Assembly: GCA_004764695.1 (NCBI GenBank)
Contig: SMSO01000034.1
Location: forward strand, 3,038,001 to 3,102,000
Direction of reading: 5' to 3'
Origin: Schizochytrium sp. TIO01
Lineage: Eukaryota; Protista; Bigyra: Labyrinthulomycetes
DNA: 64,000 nt
Translations under genes and position numbers: made by a program
The notes under the pieces: generated by a model
Told to the model about the DNA's origin: nothing
Seen by the model: the letters and a program-made list of their open reading frames with translations, nothing else
Database searches by the model: none
Part shown: positions 23,177-34,900 of the stretch, piece after piece
How the letters are laid out: each line of letters starts with the position of its first letter
Position numbering within the stretch: position 1 is the first letter of the stretch

Positions 23177-25566
23177 CGTCGCAGGCTCGAGTAAGTCCTG
23201 AACGTTATTCTGGGCGTCTAAGTTGTTGCTTGGAAACCAAATACTGCACACGGAAGTCTTTGTGAAGGTCTTGCTTGGTTTCCACCTCTATCTTTGGTAT
23301 TTTTGATACGGCGGAGATAGACGGCACTTCTGAAACACTAACCTTGTCCTCCAATATTAGCTTATCGCTTTCGTCTAATTGTTTCTGAAGATGACCACTA
23401 CGTAGTCTCTGATGCTGGGGTATCAGATGCCATATGGGTTTTGGTTTGTATAATTCTACTCCGTTTCATTTACTCAGAAAACTTCACTGAAAGACTTCCT
23501 ACAGTCAATAATAATAGGATCGTGACATGCCAACCACATCAGTATTAATCTCTGTCTAGGTAAAGAAAAGAAGCCTGTGTATCATGAATGGACATATTTG
23601 TTTCTTTATATATGGATGGACGCTAAGCAACCTCCTTGCTTAACATAAGGTTGTTGCCTGCAGAGATGGGCTTTAAAAATGGCCAGACGCTGTTTAAGCA
23701 AGCAGACCACCTTTTTTAATATCCATTTCTTTTGGACGGTCTTACTATTGTAGTTACTGATACTATTAGTAGTGTATAAAGAGTTGTGTGTTTGCAGAAT
23801 TTATATAATTACGAGCGCTTTTAAAAAAGAAATACAAATCCGCGATGGCATCTCTTGAACATAGGCGAACGAAGAGAAGATGATTGTGTTGAGGTGTGCT
23901 GGGGGTCTTAGAAGAGGTCGGAACAAGTGGACCAAGGAAGCATGCGCGACTTCTTGTTCATAGATCATAGTACTAATAATCAAATACCCACATTTCTTAA
24001 GAGCGCCACTCACTTCTGAAAGTGTGTGAATATGACATTTCTCGCCATGGACCAGGTGTCTGTAACTAATTTCGCTTGTTTGCCCCAGTTAAAGAGTTGA
24101 TAACCATTGTCTCCTTCTTCGTTGAACGATTGGTCGCTTGGCTATAGCAAGTCCTGTATCTGAGTAGCGGACGAAAAGAGCTTTTTGCGTTTATATTTGA
24201 AGTAGAGACTTTTAAAACTTAAGCTCTAAGCACCTTTGATCATGCCAAGGATTTGACCGAGGAAATGTAGTGACTTACTTTTGTTATAATGCTTCAATCT
24301 TCACTTAACGAATGCTGACTATCAATAGGTTTAAGTGTTTGGCAGCTAGACCTGGGGGTTATGCGATAATCTGATTATATTTGTTGCCTGTCTCAAGGGA
24401 TTCCCTGCCCGAACTTCAACCTAGATTAATACGATACAAAATCTCTTGATGACGCCAGATCTTGGTATTGCACTTCATCAGTCAAGCAATCTTCAAGGTA
24501 CCTTTTTCTTGTTCTTCTCTTCTTCATTTCTGACAGCCATGACAGCGGGCCCCACCTTCAGAGATAACATAAATAATCTCTGATGTATAAACGTGTTAGG
24601 TATAAGAATCTTCGTTTAAGAGTGTCTATTGTTATCCTCACTTAGAATACCAGAGTGCCATTTTTGTATTGCTTTGGTCGCATCGTAAAGAGCAAAGACT
24701 AAGTAAAACTCCACTAGTAGCTAGCGAAGCTTCATAATCACAACTAATCCAACAGAAACTGTAACAAATTAAAATGCAAAGGTGCCATGAACTGCAGATG
24801 GCAAGAACCTATCTCATAATACTTATGGATAAGTGGCATTTTCAATTGCCTACTGCCTTCCTTACATTATACAACATCAAAGTTTGAACGTTACACATCG
24901 TTTTATGAAACGTAATTCCGTAGCTTAAATTTCGGTTACATCTTTTTTTTCTCTCGCTGTGAGAATATTGATCCGTTACGATGGAAAGCATTTGATGGTT
25001 CTGCCTCGTGTACGAAATGTATGTATTCTTGGCGCGGATGGTTTTACGAAGCTAAAGCGCTTTGTTCTGCTCGTCGAAACACACAGTACTACGGTACGTT
25101 GTCAGTGTTAAATTTCCAGATGTGAGCAGGGAATTAAACTAACAAGCATTCCTCTCAATTACGGATACGAGCTTTAACTAACAACCAGAAAAGTCAGAAA
25201 AGAGCATAAAGCTTTCAGTTGTGGGAAGTGCTCAAGAAATTTGAGCCTCAGTGTACTGGGGAGTAATATAATTGATAAGATCTACAGTCAGAAGAGAATT
25301 ACTTAAGATACTAGTACGTAACGTTTACGGTGACTCAGCGCGTAGCTGAGATCTTTCTCTTCACTCTATACTTGAGTGACGCAAGTTAGTCTCTATAACT
25401 GAATGTTATCTTTCGCCCTCATAAAATCTGTGCAATTAATTTACATTTTCCATTTGACATCATCTTAGGCGGCTTCGTTGAATATTGCAAGGAGGGGGAA
25501 GCAATAGCAAAGCGCATTGGAGTAGCTAGCTAAAGAAGCTTGAAGGTGCAGGCGCCAGGAAGGGAG

Positions 25567-27468
25567 ATGGCCACAATATCGCCAAGAGGGTGGTCGTCTG
25601 ATCCCGAATGCGAGGACGAGACGTTTGCAGATGACGATGACACTCGTGCTGTGCCTTTGCTTCGCGCACAGACGCGTCAGGGCAAGACTGTACCCCAAAA
25701 GCGAATATCGAGCATTGGTTTAGGTATCAATCGAGCAAACACTGACACTCATCAACGCACAGAGGCAGACCACACGGGACAAACCGAAGTGCTTTCACTG
25801 AAGGTTAAAGAGTTGAGTTTTGAAAATGAGCGTCTACTGCGCGAGATTCATGACTTTAAGGAGACTGAAGAACTATTAATGCGCGAGCTACGTAGGTTGC
25901 GTGTTGAATATAATGCCGCTGTTTCTCACCAGGTTGAATATCAGCAGCAAAAGCAGCAGCAACAAGATCAGGTGCGAAATGAGAATCAGATGGTATCAGG
26001 GGGTTCACCCAGCTGCATGGAAAGTAGTTATACGGGTTTGCAAACCAATGAAAAGACGATCATGTCATCTGTCAGCGCGAGCATACTCCCCTCTATGATA
26101 GATCGTGAAGCCACGGCAGCGTCTTCCGCAGAGATTCGAAGGCTTCGCACCCTTTTGAATCAAGCTTGGAAAGAAGCGCAAGATGTCCGTGAACGTGCAA
26201 AGACAGACATTGAAGACCTCCGCGAGACAATGGCCCGTGAGGCGAGTGCTCTTGCTGCTACAGAAACTCAGAAGAAGCGGCTTTCGGACAAACTTCTCGA
26301 TGCACATCAAGAAATCGCCCGCTTGAATGAAATTATTCAAACACAAAAGATGGAGCTCAATCGTACATTAACAGATGCAGAGAAATCGAGTTTACAGCTT
26401 GTTAGTCACCACCAGAAGGAACGTCTCGCGGCGGAAGCTCGCGAAAAAGCTTTGTCCGTAGAGCTCGAGGTGCTTCGCACTGAACATACTACTTTGCGCG
26501 AACGAGTGGCTCAAATTGAGAACCAGCATAAAGTTGACCAGGAAAAGCAGGAGAAGCAAATGTACGAACAGTTTATTGCGTATCGTGAGCTCTGGAAAAA
26601 GAATTCCATTGCGTTCGAAGCATTAGATGCCTTGCAAAACACTCTTCTGTGTGCACTTGCTGATCATTTACCTGTTAATTCTAGTAATTCAGGGCCCTCA
26701 ACTAGTGCTCGCAGCAGCGAGAATCTAACTGAAGGAAGCTCAACTCCAGCGTTAAGTGACACAGAGGGCAGCCACCCCCCTGAAGCTATTGAAGACGCAC
26801 ATTTGCATGGGTTAAATGTAGATCTGATTGCAGAAACCCGTGAACGTATAATGTCTGGTGTAACAAAGATTAAGTCAAGCCTTTTTGCAGAGCACAAGCG
26901 ACGTGAGGTCGCTGAAAGGAATTTTTCCATTTGCCAAAAACGCCTAGACAGGGCCACGCAGAAAATCGAAGCTTTACAGGAACAGATTATACAACTTCAA
27001 TCTTCAAATGCCCTTCAAGAATCTGCTGATGTGACTTTTGCAGAATATGAACATTGGTGGAATCATTTCAAGACCGTCCCAATGTCGGGAGGTAGTAACA
27101 AAGCACCTCAGCACCACCAGCACCGGCAGCAGACGCCGCCAGGTCCATCACAACAAATCCAGCCGTCTTTTCATTCGCAAGTTGCAGAGAAAGTTCTCCA
27201 GGGGGAGCACTTTTCTAATGGAAGTAGCGCAGGCCGTCTCACAACAAGAACCAGATCTAGAGCAAGAGACAGGGACATATCTCAGACTGCTGCTCGACAA
27301 CAAGCAAATCTATTGCGCAATGTTAGCACAGATTTATTACAAGCAACAAATTCAAATACAAAACATCGTGAATCTAATTCATTTAATCCTGCAAGACGAC
27401 ATCAGGAGTTTCCAGGTATTCATGGCGCTGCTGGATTACCATCGAGTCCTATGAGGAGACGACAATAG
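25567..27468 (+). CDS. Coiled-coil protein of unknown function
   Basis: Long uninterrupted ORF (ATG 25567) with E/K/R/Q/L-rich heptad segments and disordered linkers. Confidence 0.85.
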   Translation: MATISPRGWSSDPECEDETFADDDDTRAVPLLRAQTRQGKTVPQKRISSIGLGINRANTDTHQRTEADHTGQTEVLSLKVKELSFENERLLREIHDFKETEELLMRELRRLRVEYNAAVSHQVEYQQQKQQQQDQVRNENQMVSGGSPSCMESSYTGLQTNEKTIMSSVSASILPSMIDREATAASSAEIRRLRTLLNQAWKEAQDVRERAKTDIEDLRETMAREASALAATETQKKRLSDKLLDAHQEIARLNEIIQTQKMELNRTLTDAEKSSLQLVSHHQKERLAAEAREKALSVELEVLRTEHTTLRERVAQIENQHKVDQEKQEKQMYEQFIAYRELWKKNSIAFEALDALQNTLLCALADHLPVNSSNSGPSTSARSSENLTEGSSTPALSDTEGSHPPEAIEDAHLHGLNVDLIAETRERIMSGVTKIKSSLFAEHKRREVAERNFSICQKRLDRATQKIEALQEQIIQLQSSNALQESADVTFAEYEHWWNHFKTVPMSGGSNKAPQHHQHRQQTPPGPSQQIQPSFHSQVAEKVLQGEHFSNGSSAGRLTTRTRSRARDRDISQTAARQQANLLRNVSTDLLQATNSNTKHRESNSFNPARRHQEFPGIHGAAGLPSSPMRRRQ

Positions 27469-28260
27469 CAACAAAAAAGCCCAATTGACGTCAGTTTGCG
27501 AACTTTTATACTTTTGATTTATGACAACCTCAGATTCCAGCCATCGTCATGAGCCTAAACAGCTAGAAGTAACCCCCCTCCCCACACCTTTTCTTGACCA
27601 TATTTGTAATTAATTGATAATCTACCCTATTCCTGTGTTTCCCTTAAATACTGCGTAGTCAAACTGGTGATGCAGAGCTAAGAGAAAGAATAGATGTAAT
27701 CTTGGAATGTTGGGACGAGTTGGCATCAACCGGCACTCATCGGCCATGAGAACAGAGGGCCTAAGCACCAGGACACTAACACATCTGAACCCTAACGAGT
27801 CTAGGCGAGTTGAAGGCTCAATTCTTTATAAAAAGAAGAATCCTCAACCCGACATCTAGTCTCAGAATCTTATGTGCGGAATGCGAGCACCGAGGTGCAG
27901 CTAAGCCAAATCGGCATCGCCCACTCTTTTTCACAGGACTTGAAAAGTCCAGCTTAGGAGCTCGAGCATCGAAGTGGCAATGGAAACCATTCCGGGAAAA
28001 AAAATGAGGTATCTATATCACCCTAACCACTCCCAAGCCCCATTCTCACCTTGCAAACAAGCAACTTGAAAAGGAAGCCAACTCCATTGAATATACGTAC
28101 CTATAGGAAAATCCCTCTGCCAAACATCGCAGTCCTACGAAGAAAAATGAAGAAAAACTGAAGAGGGTGTTTTGTTTATTATGTACACCAGCGCGCCACC
28201 TAACAGCTGTAGTGCCAGTCGCAACATCATGAAAGAGTTGTGTGAAAAAACGAAGCATCA

Positions 28261-28380
28261 TCATTGTTGGAATAGAATGTCAGAGTCAACCGTCCATGAA
28301 AGGGAACGCACAGCCTGTGCCATAGCCCGGAGGCGATACAGGCATGCGAATTCGTCCATTGAATCTCGATTTGTAATATT
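28261..28380 (-). pseudogene. Possible GT-A glycosyltransferase-like relic
   Basis: Stop-bounded frame NITNRDSMDEFACLYRLRAMAQAVRSLSWTVDSDILFQQ* with a DxD motif preceded by ExxCxxR. Confidence 0.3.
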
Positions 28381-29022
28381 GCGACGGTCTCTTCAACAGT
28401 GCGTCATGGGTACCCCGAAGGGAGCCTCTTGCACCATTGCTTTTGACGCCGCTTTGGGCCAGAAGGTTTCGAGAATGATTCAAATGAGAATAATTATTGA
28501 CAAGCGTTGCAACGTCCAGCAGGGGAGAAAGAGGCAAAACATTGGTTGCCATTTCCTGCAGAAGCGTTAGACAGTGTTGTCTTGACTGATTGCGATTTAC
28601 TTGGCTTACGACCAGGGATACATCAGAAGCCTGGTCTTAGCCCTAGATAGCAAGATCAATGACGATAAACCATGCCACAACGTGCATGTATCAATTGATT
28701 ATGTGTGTACGTACCACTGCAAAGGCGATTGATCATAGATAAGAAAGTAGTAGTAGTAGTTGAATGAAGATCTGAGTAAGACAGGTCCGCCTGCAAAGGG
28801 CTAGACCAACTTAACTGAATTGTTGCAAATAGGAGCAAACATAGCCCGGATGGAGAGCTACAGACCTCCAGACCTAAAGATAACAAGTACAGCGCGTTTT
28901 ACAATATAAACGCTCTTGCTAGGAAAGGTCAGAAAATTACACGCGACGAAGACAATAAAAAGACGACGACAAAAGAACAAGAGCACACGGCAATTCAAGT
29001 CTGCTCCAACGGAGATGCCTAT

Positions 29023-29424
29023 CTACTTGGTCTCCTCAGACTTGGAGCTGTCAGCGCCCTCCTTCTTGGCCTTCTCAGCGGCCTCTTCTGCGATCTGCTT
29101 CTCAACGACCTCCTTGGCACGGTAAAACTTAGACTGCAGGTAGAAAGATCCGCCCTTCTTAGGGTCGTTGGCGTTAAAAAAGCGGTCGTAGCGCTCCGAA
29201 AGCTCGGCGACGCTGGTAGGGGTGGCGTCGAAGTTGAGGATCTTCATGGCCTCATCTAGAGGCATCTCCTTGCGGAGAGTCCTCTTTGCGTTAGCAGCTG
29301 CCTGCTTGGCGGCATTGGGGTTGGCGGCGGCCTGCTGGTAAGCCTGCACAAAGGCGCGAGAGACCACACCAAAACTGGCCACGAAAACCTGCACAAACAG
29401 GCGCACGATGGGACCCGCTGCCAT
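29023..29424 (-). CDS. PAM16: Mitochondrial import motor J-like protein Pam16/Tim16
   Basis: VVSRAFVQAYQQA..MPLDEAMKILN..YDRFFNANDPKKGGSFYLQSKFYRAKE is the Pam16 signature. Confidence 0.97.
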   Translation of the reverse strand: MAAGPIVRLFVQVFVASFGVVSRAFVQAYQQAAANPNAAKQAAANAKRTLRKEMPLDEAMKILNFDATPTSVAELSERYDRFFNANDPKKGGSFYLQSKFYRAKEVVEKQIAEEAAEKAKKEGADSSKSEETK

Positions 29425-29443
29425 CTTGTTCTGAGGTTGCTTT

Positions 29444-29446
<3 letters not shown>

Positions 29447-29477
<31 letters not shown>

Positions 29478-29492
29478 ACTGCCGCTGCTACT
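29447..29492. repeat. (CTG/CAG)n tract in the PAM16 5' leader
   Basis: Trinucleotide run about 20 bp upstream of the PAM16 ATG. Confidence 0.9.
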
Positions 29493-30409
29493 GAGAGCGA
29501 GGACAGGCGTGGAGACCGAGGCTGGCACGCGAGTACGCTTGCAGAGCTCGAGTGGGCAGCGAGTGTTTGCGATTTGGTGTCACCGCCATCCAAACAAACG
29601 AGGAGAAAAAGAGAAAACTAAGAAAACCATGATTCACTAAAAACTATTTTTCTCTCCTTCATTACTTTTATTCGCAATGATCATTTATTCACTCTTATTG
29701 AAAGCGCTCTATTATTCTCACATTTTCACAGACAGGTAAAACAAGAACTGCTAAGGTTAAAGCTAAGTGGCTTTTACGAGTGTCAAATGCAATGCAGTCA
29801 GCAAACTTAAAGATCGAGACAAATTGCAATTGCAAATGCAGCTCCTGCAAAGAAACGTATCGAAGGCATCCACGATCGATACGACATTCGCTGCCTGCCT
29901 TCGACCCTGCCTTGGTCGCCACCTCCGCAGAAGATCAGGAGGCATCGACAGCAAGTTAATCCTCCCTCTGTAATTCATTTGATGCAGTTGGTTGTTGCCG
30001 TGAAAACTATCGATCGATGGCATTCTAAGTTAAAAGAAAGTAGCACTGTCTATCGAAGAGGTAAGAGCGTGCAGAAAACACCGAAGAAAGAAGAAGACGA
30101 GGAGAGGAGGCGATGAAAGAAAAGGAAACCTGGACAGCCTTAGACGATGTGACAGTTGACCAACCCAACAACTCTCTGAGAATAGGCAGTCCATTCATTG
30201 TTCTCTGCGCTTTCTGACTTTCTTCGATTCGAGCACAACAAAACATCAAAACATCAAAGCAAAGCAAAGCAATCCAAAGAGAGTCCGTCGCTAGCAGTGC
30301 GTGCTCCCATGTAGCGTTTACTGCTAGGACACCGTCAAAGGTTTTCCAGAAAGAAAGAAAGAAAGAAAGAAAAAGAGTGAAAAGAGTGGAAAAGAGAGTT
30401 CTTCTCAAC

Positions 30410-30487
30410 ATTCATTTTCTCATTCATTCACATTCATTCTCATTCATTTTCATTCATTTTCATTCATTCCCATTCTCATTCATTCAC
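30410..30487. repeat. Degenerate (CATT)-based tandem repeat, about 10-bp unit CATTCATTYT
   Basis: Read directly. Confidence 0.8.
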
Positions 30488-32000
30488 TCTTGAGCCCTCA
30501 AAGTATCCCTCAGAGTCCTCATTACTTTATACTTCGATTCTTAATCTCGAAACGAAAACATTAAAATAGCAGAAAGTGATGAATAGAATTGCATTGCAAT
30601 TGCAATTGCAATGAGAAGTGTCGCGAGAACTTCTCGCACCGCAAGCACGAGACCACAGAAGGAGTGAGTGAAGTCATGCAGCGAAAAGAGAAAGCTCCGA
30701 AGCTGGTGACTTTGTTGAACCTCGGGCGACACAGCTCACGTGCTCATTTGTCATTTGTGCATTTATTTGGTTATGTACTTGGCGGTTTATTAGTTTCTTC
30801 TTGAGGTGGATTGATCGAGGTGGCTTTCAGAGTTTTTTCCAGAGCCCCCCAGCCACCCAAGGTGGGGCCCAAAATTAGGGCTAAAGTTATCAGACTTAAT
30901 TACTTATCTTCAAGCTCAGCACGACCCCGAATTTAGGGGCCCGGATAAGGTATTTAAAGGGGATAAAAGGAAACCCTAAAAAGTGGGGTTCTCCTGAGGG
31001 AGGCGACCACGGTGCCCACGTGGAGGTCAACTTTGAGGAGAGCGACGCGGAGCAGCTCATATCTTAACGCGAAGGAGTCGAAATGAGGTACGAGATGGCA
31101 TGGCGACGGAGGAGGATGATAATGGGGAGCTGGCAAAATTTGAGATCTGGAGGAATCGCCTGAAGTGAATAGTGTGGTTATGAAGACGCTTGCGATGGTC
31201 CTGGGGTTTCCTGACTCCCTTGAACACTGGGAAACTAACTAAGGGGTATCTTAGCACGTTGGAAATCTCAGAGCATTGGTGGGAGAGAAGCACCGAAGCG
31301 AATGAAAAGGACTACCATGGAGTGATTTGGTGAGCCTGAAATTGAAGTTTTGACGCAGATCGATTTGCGATTGATTGATCTTGCTTCATATCATATCCTG
31401 TTGCATTTCGGGCTGCAAGACCCACAGTCTGGAGCAAGCACATGCAGGCATTCCCAAAAGCAGACAGCGTCTGAAGACGAATCACTGTTGCGAAGCATTC
31501 CATCATAGATCTATAGCTTCCGATGGCAATGGAGGTATATTCTATGATACGAGGGGATTCTTCGCAATGTTATGAATGGTACACTCTCAATTTGCTCACC
31601 GATGCTGAGAGTCTGGACTATCACGTGAATGCTAGAATCAGTACATTTTATACGTTGGCCTTGAGCTTTGTGACTGCCAATCAACAACGCCGCGCATCGT
31701 CAAAGATATTAAACATGGGCGCTCAACCTCAATCTTAGTTGCTTCGTGTGTACACTTCTATCTTATTTTATGTGTTCTGATAAAAATTATATTACATCAT
31801 AATGCCATTGTATTGTCACTTATCTAGGGCACGGCCACGTCGTCTCTCTGGCAAGTCCGCAACGCCTGCCGGTGCCAGCCGTGCGTTTGACCCCCTCAGC
31901 GGCTTGATCGTCGCGAGGATCTCTACGTTGGAGTCCTGCTGTGAGCAGTTCTCCCCGCGAGGCTCTTCACTCGTCCTCTGCGTCGAAGTTATTCGCCAAA

Positions 32001-32801
32001 ATGTCGCTCAAACAGTCCGCGCATGATGAGGACCTCAACTTTCTCGAGACCGGCGCCGCCACGAGCTCCGCAGACCTCATGCCAGTAGAGGTCCCAACTG
32101 CAACTGTGGTCGATGACGGTACTGGTCGGCAGCAGCAGCAGACTAGGACTGCTAGCGGCACTGCGGCTGCTACGGTCGGTAACATGGTGGCATCCTCTGC
32201 TCAAGGTGTCGCCAACATGTTCAGGAGGGCAAGTCATCCTAAAATTGCAATTGCTCACGTGGCCTTCAAAACATGCGCATTTTTTGTGTACCTCTTTGGT
32301 GGTATCGTCGCCGATGACTTCGTGATCACTTTCGTGATTTGCGTTTTGATGCTGGCGTTTGACTTCTGGACCGTGAAGAATGTCACAGGTCGCATCATGG
32401 TCGGTTTGCGATGGTGGAATGAACAAAACGATGACGGTAGCAGCTCATGGCGATTTGAAAGTATTGATAACCCTGACGAGGTCAGCACTGTGGATTACCG
32501 CATCTTCTGGTACTCGATGTACATCAACTTTGTGCTCTGGGCCTTTATGTTTTTCTTTGCATTCATCAAACTCAACTTTGACTGGATTCCGCTCACAGCT
32601 GTCGCACTGTCGCTGCAAAGCTCTAACATCTATGGATACTGGCAGTGCTCCAAGGACGCTAAACGTCGCCTTCAAGGTGCGGTTCAGGGAGCTGTAACTC
32701 AGGGAGCACTCTCGGCACTCTCAAGCGGTTTCTTGACACGTGCCTTTGGCCGCAGCCAGTCTGAGCAGACCGCGCCCATGCACCAGCAGCAGCCGATTTA
32801 A
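32001..32801 (+). CDS. TVP23: Golgi membrane protein TVP23 (DUF846)
   Basis: SHPKIAIAHVAFK..AFDFWTVKNVTGRIMVGLRWWNE..DGSSSWRFES..FW..NIYGYWQC signature; ATG at 32001. Confidence 0.95.
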   Translation: MSLKQSAHDEDLNFLETGAATSSADLMPVEVPTATVVDDGTGRQQQQTRTASGTAAATVGNMVASSAQGVANMFRRASHPKIAIAHVAFKTCAFFVYLFGGIVADDFVITFVICVLMLAFDFWTVKNVTGRIMVGLRWWNEQNDDGSSSWRFESIDNPDEVSTVDYRIFWYSMYINFVLWAFMFFFAFIKLNFDWIPLTAVALSLQSSNIYGYWQCSKDAKRRLQGAVQGAVTQGALSALSSGFLTRAFGRSQSEQTAPMHQQQPI

Positions 32802-33604
32802 GGGCCTGGCGAGAAGACACGCATGACTGTACGCTCATATGGTTTGTTCTGAGAACGAACCAACTCATCACAGAACGTTAGTAGAACACTATACACTCGC
32901 TCAAGCATTTATTCTTTCATTTGTGCCACTGAGCCTGACAACATATCGAAGGACTTCACGACATTTACTTCACAGTAATTTCCCCCCTGCAAAACCAACT
33001 TTTTCATATTGATTTGATTTTTTCTTCAGCATAAATTTAGTGCAGGATAATTCTTTTTTCTCTGTATTGATAGGCCCTGGCCTCAACCAATTCACCAACC
33101 AACCAACCAACCGACCAACCAACAAAGAAACAAAGAAACAAGCGAATGTGCATAGGAAGTTTGTTTTACCTTACACCTTATATAAAGAGGTAGGAGGAGC
33201 CGATTATCGCTTCGATGTTTCTGCCCAACCTTGCCTGTATTAAAATCGCACGCGTCAGTCGCAGAAGTGACAAACGCTTTTGGACGCTACTCCAGCACAG
33301 GATACTCTGTTTGTTCCTAGATTATGCTGAACACCCTCTTGAAGCAACTGCAATATAGTATGCATCCCACTCTTTCAGGGACAGCAAAAACGCAATGTCA
33401 GCAAGAGCATGTCTAATTCTAAAAAGGATGGGCTGTCCACTCGAATCAGTGTGTCGGTTACTTTCAACAAAGCGGCTAGAGTTTTTCTCCAAATCACTTT
33501 GGTTTAAGTTGCGCGCGCCCGCAGGAAAAGTAGACTATTATCAGAAGGTTGGTCATATAAAACAAGTAAGCTATAGATTATTATATAAAGAGAGGCGGAA
33601 GGTT

Positions 33605-34900
33605 TTAGTCAGATGATAAAACGCAATCACTGGAAAGAATAACAGGACCAAAATCCCGCATCATACTTTGCCCAACGAATTTGTATGTTGCATAACCACG
33701 AAAGGCCAAGTCTACGTGGCCATCTACACACTGCATTAGTAATGCACTTGCCACACGCGTGCTGCGTATTCGATAGCTAAAAGTTTCTGTAAAGTTACCT
33801 GACTGCATCTTGGCCAGTGTCATGCGAACAGCAATGTCGTCACCAGTATCGTCAAATTGGTACCACCTCATAGTGATGTGCGAGTAGTAGAAAACAGTCA
33901 CCGAGAGGCTCTCCAGCTTGAGTGACAGATAGTTAGGGTTTTGCAACTGAAAGATCTGCGTCCCGTTCAGGGTTTGTCGTTTGGAAAGGGAGTCGAAGCG
34001 TACATGACTCTCCATAATGTTCAGTACAGGCAAGCGGAACCAGCAGAGCACGGCCACAACGCCGGACGCAATTACAAGAATAAGAAAGATGCCCAGGAAA
34101 AGGCACTTGTAGCTACGCATAAAGCTGCATGTTGAGTATCTCTCCTTGGCGCGTAGGGCTTCGTTGAGTACGGCTGCCTGACGTTGCTCTTCCTCATAAT
34201 CGTGCAAGAGGTCACGATATGAGGGTCCAAAGTCGTCCTCGCTGTCGGAGAACGACTCGAACATATGTGAAGGCGTGGGCATAAGAAGTCTCGGTGTCGA
34301 ACTAACCCCAGAACTTGGAGGCTCTGTATTTGCGTCACTTTCATCATGCCCTTCGAGCGACGTCATGACTCTGAGAGCAGTAGTCGCAGCTGAAGCACTT
34401 TCTACAGTATCTGGGTCCATTGAGGGGCGTGGCGTATGTGAACCGTCACTGCCAACGTCGTAAAACGAGGCATATGCGCTCGTCAAATTGCCATCTGTGT
34501 CATCGCCATTAGCAGTTTCACCAGTGTCGTCATCATCGTCTGCAGAGCGAGAATTTTCGGCACCATCATCGCTTCCGATTTGGCTAATTCTGCCCATTTT
34601 GTCGCGGTTCTTGCCGAAATCTACCTCCACGGAGAGTCCACTCGGTGATAGCATGTGTGGTGAAAGTCTGCTCGACGACGGAGGGGGGACGTATGATGAA
34701 GCCGGCGAGTTTTCCAGGCTCGTTTCTGAGCTATCTGCCTCAAACGTCTGTTGTGGAGCAGAATTGACGCCCTCAAGGTCCTCCTGGGCCCCATAGTTTT
34801 GAGCCGCAGCCCCTGGGTCCTGACTGGCATGAGCTGCTGCCTCGAGGTCGCGATCACCAGCGCCCTGACCACCCAGGAGCGGCTCCCTGCCGTCCTCCAT
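33605..34900 (-). CDS. Single-pass membrane protein with LEA_2/TMEM106-like luminal domain
   Basis: Long acidic disordered N-terminus, one TM (CLFLGIFLILVIASGVVAVLCWF), then RLP and LQNPNYLSLKLESLSVTVFY, the NPN motif of the LEA_2 fold. Confidence 0.8.
   Translation of the reverse strand: MEDGREPLLGGQGAGDRDLEAAAHASQDPGAAAQNYGAQEDLEGVNSAPQQTFEADSSETSLENSPASSYVPPPSSSRLSPHMLSPSGLSVEVDFGKNRDKMGRISQIGSDDGAENSRSADDDDDTGETANGDDTDGNLTSAYASFYDVGSDGSHTPRPSMDPDTVESASAATTALRVMTSLEGHDESDANTEPPSSGVSSTPRLLMPTPSHMFESFSDSEDDFGPSYRDLLHDYEEEQRQAAVLNEALRAKERYSTCSFMRSYKCLFLGIFLILVIASGVVAVLCWFRLPVLNIMESHVRFDSLSKRQTLNGTQIFQLQNPNYLSLKLESLSVTVFYYSHITMRWYQFDDTGDDIAVRMTLAKMQSGNFTETFSYRIRSTRVASALLMQCVDGHVDLAFRGYATYKFVGQSMMRDFGPVILSSDCVLSSD

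Noticed and set aside
18200-25500. Endogenous virus or intact transposon in the relic-rich segment
   Set aside because: No capsid, integrase, RT, transposase or polymerase motif and no clear terminal repeats were recognisable
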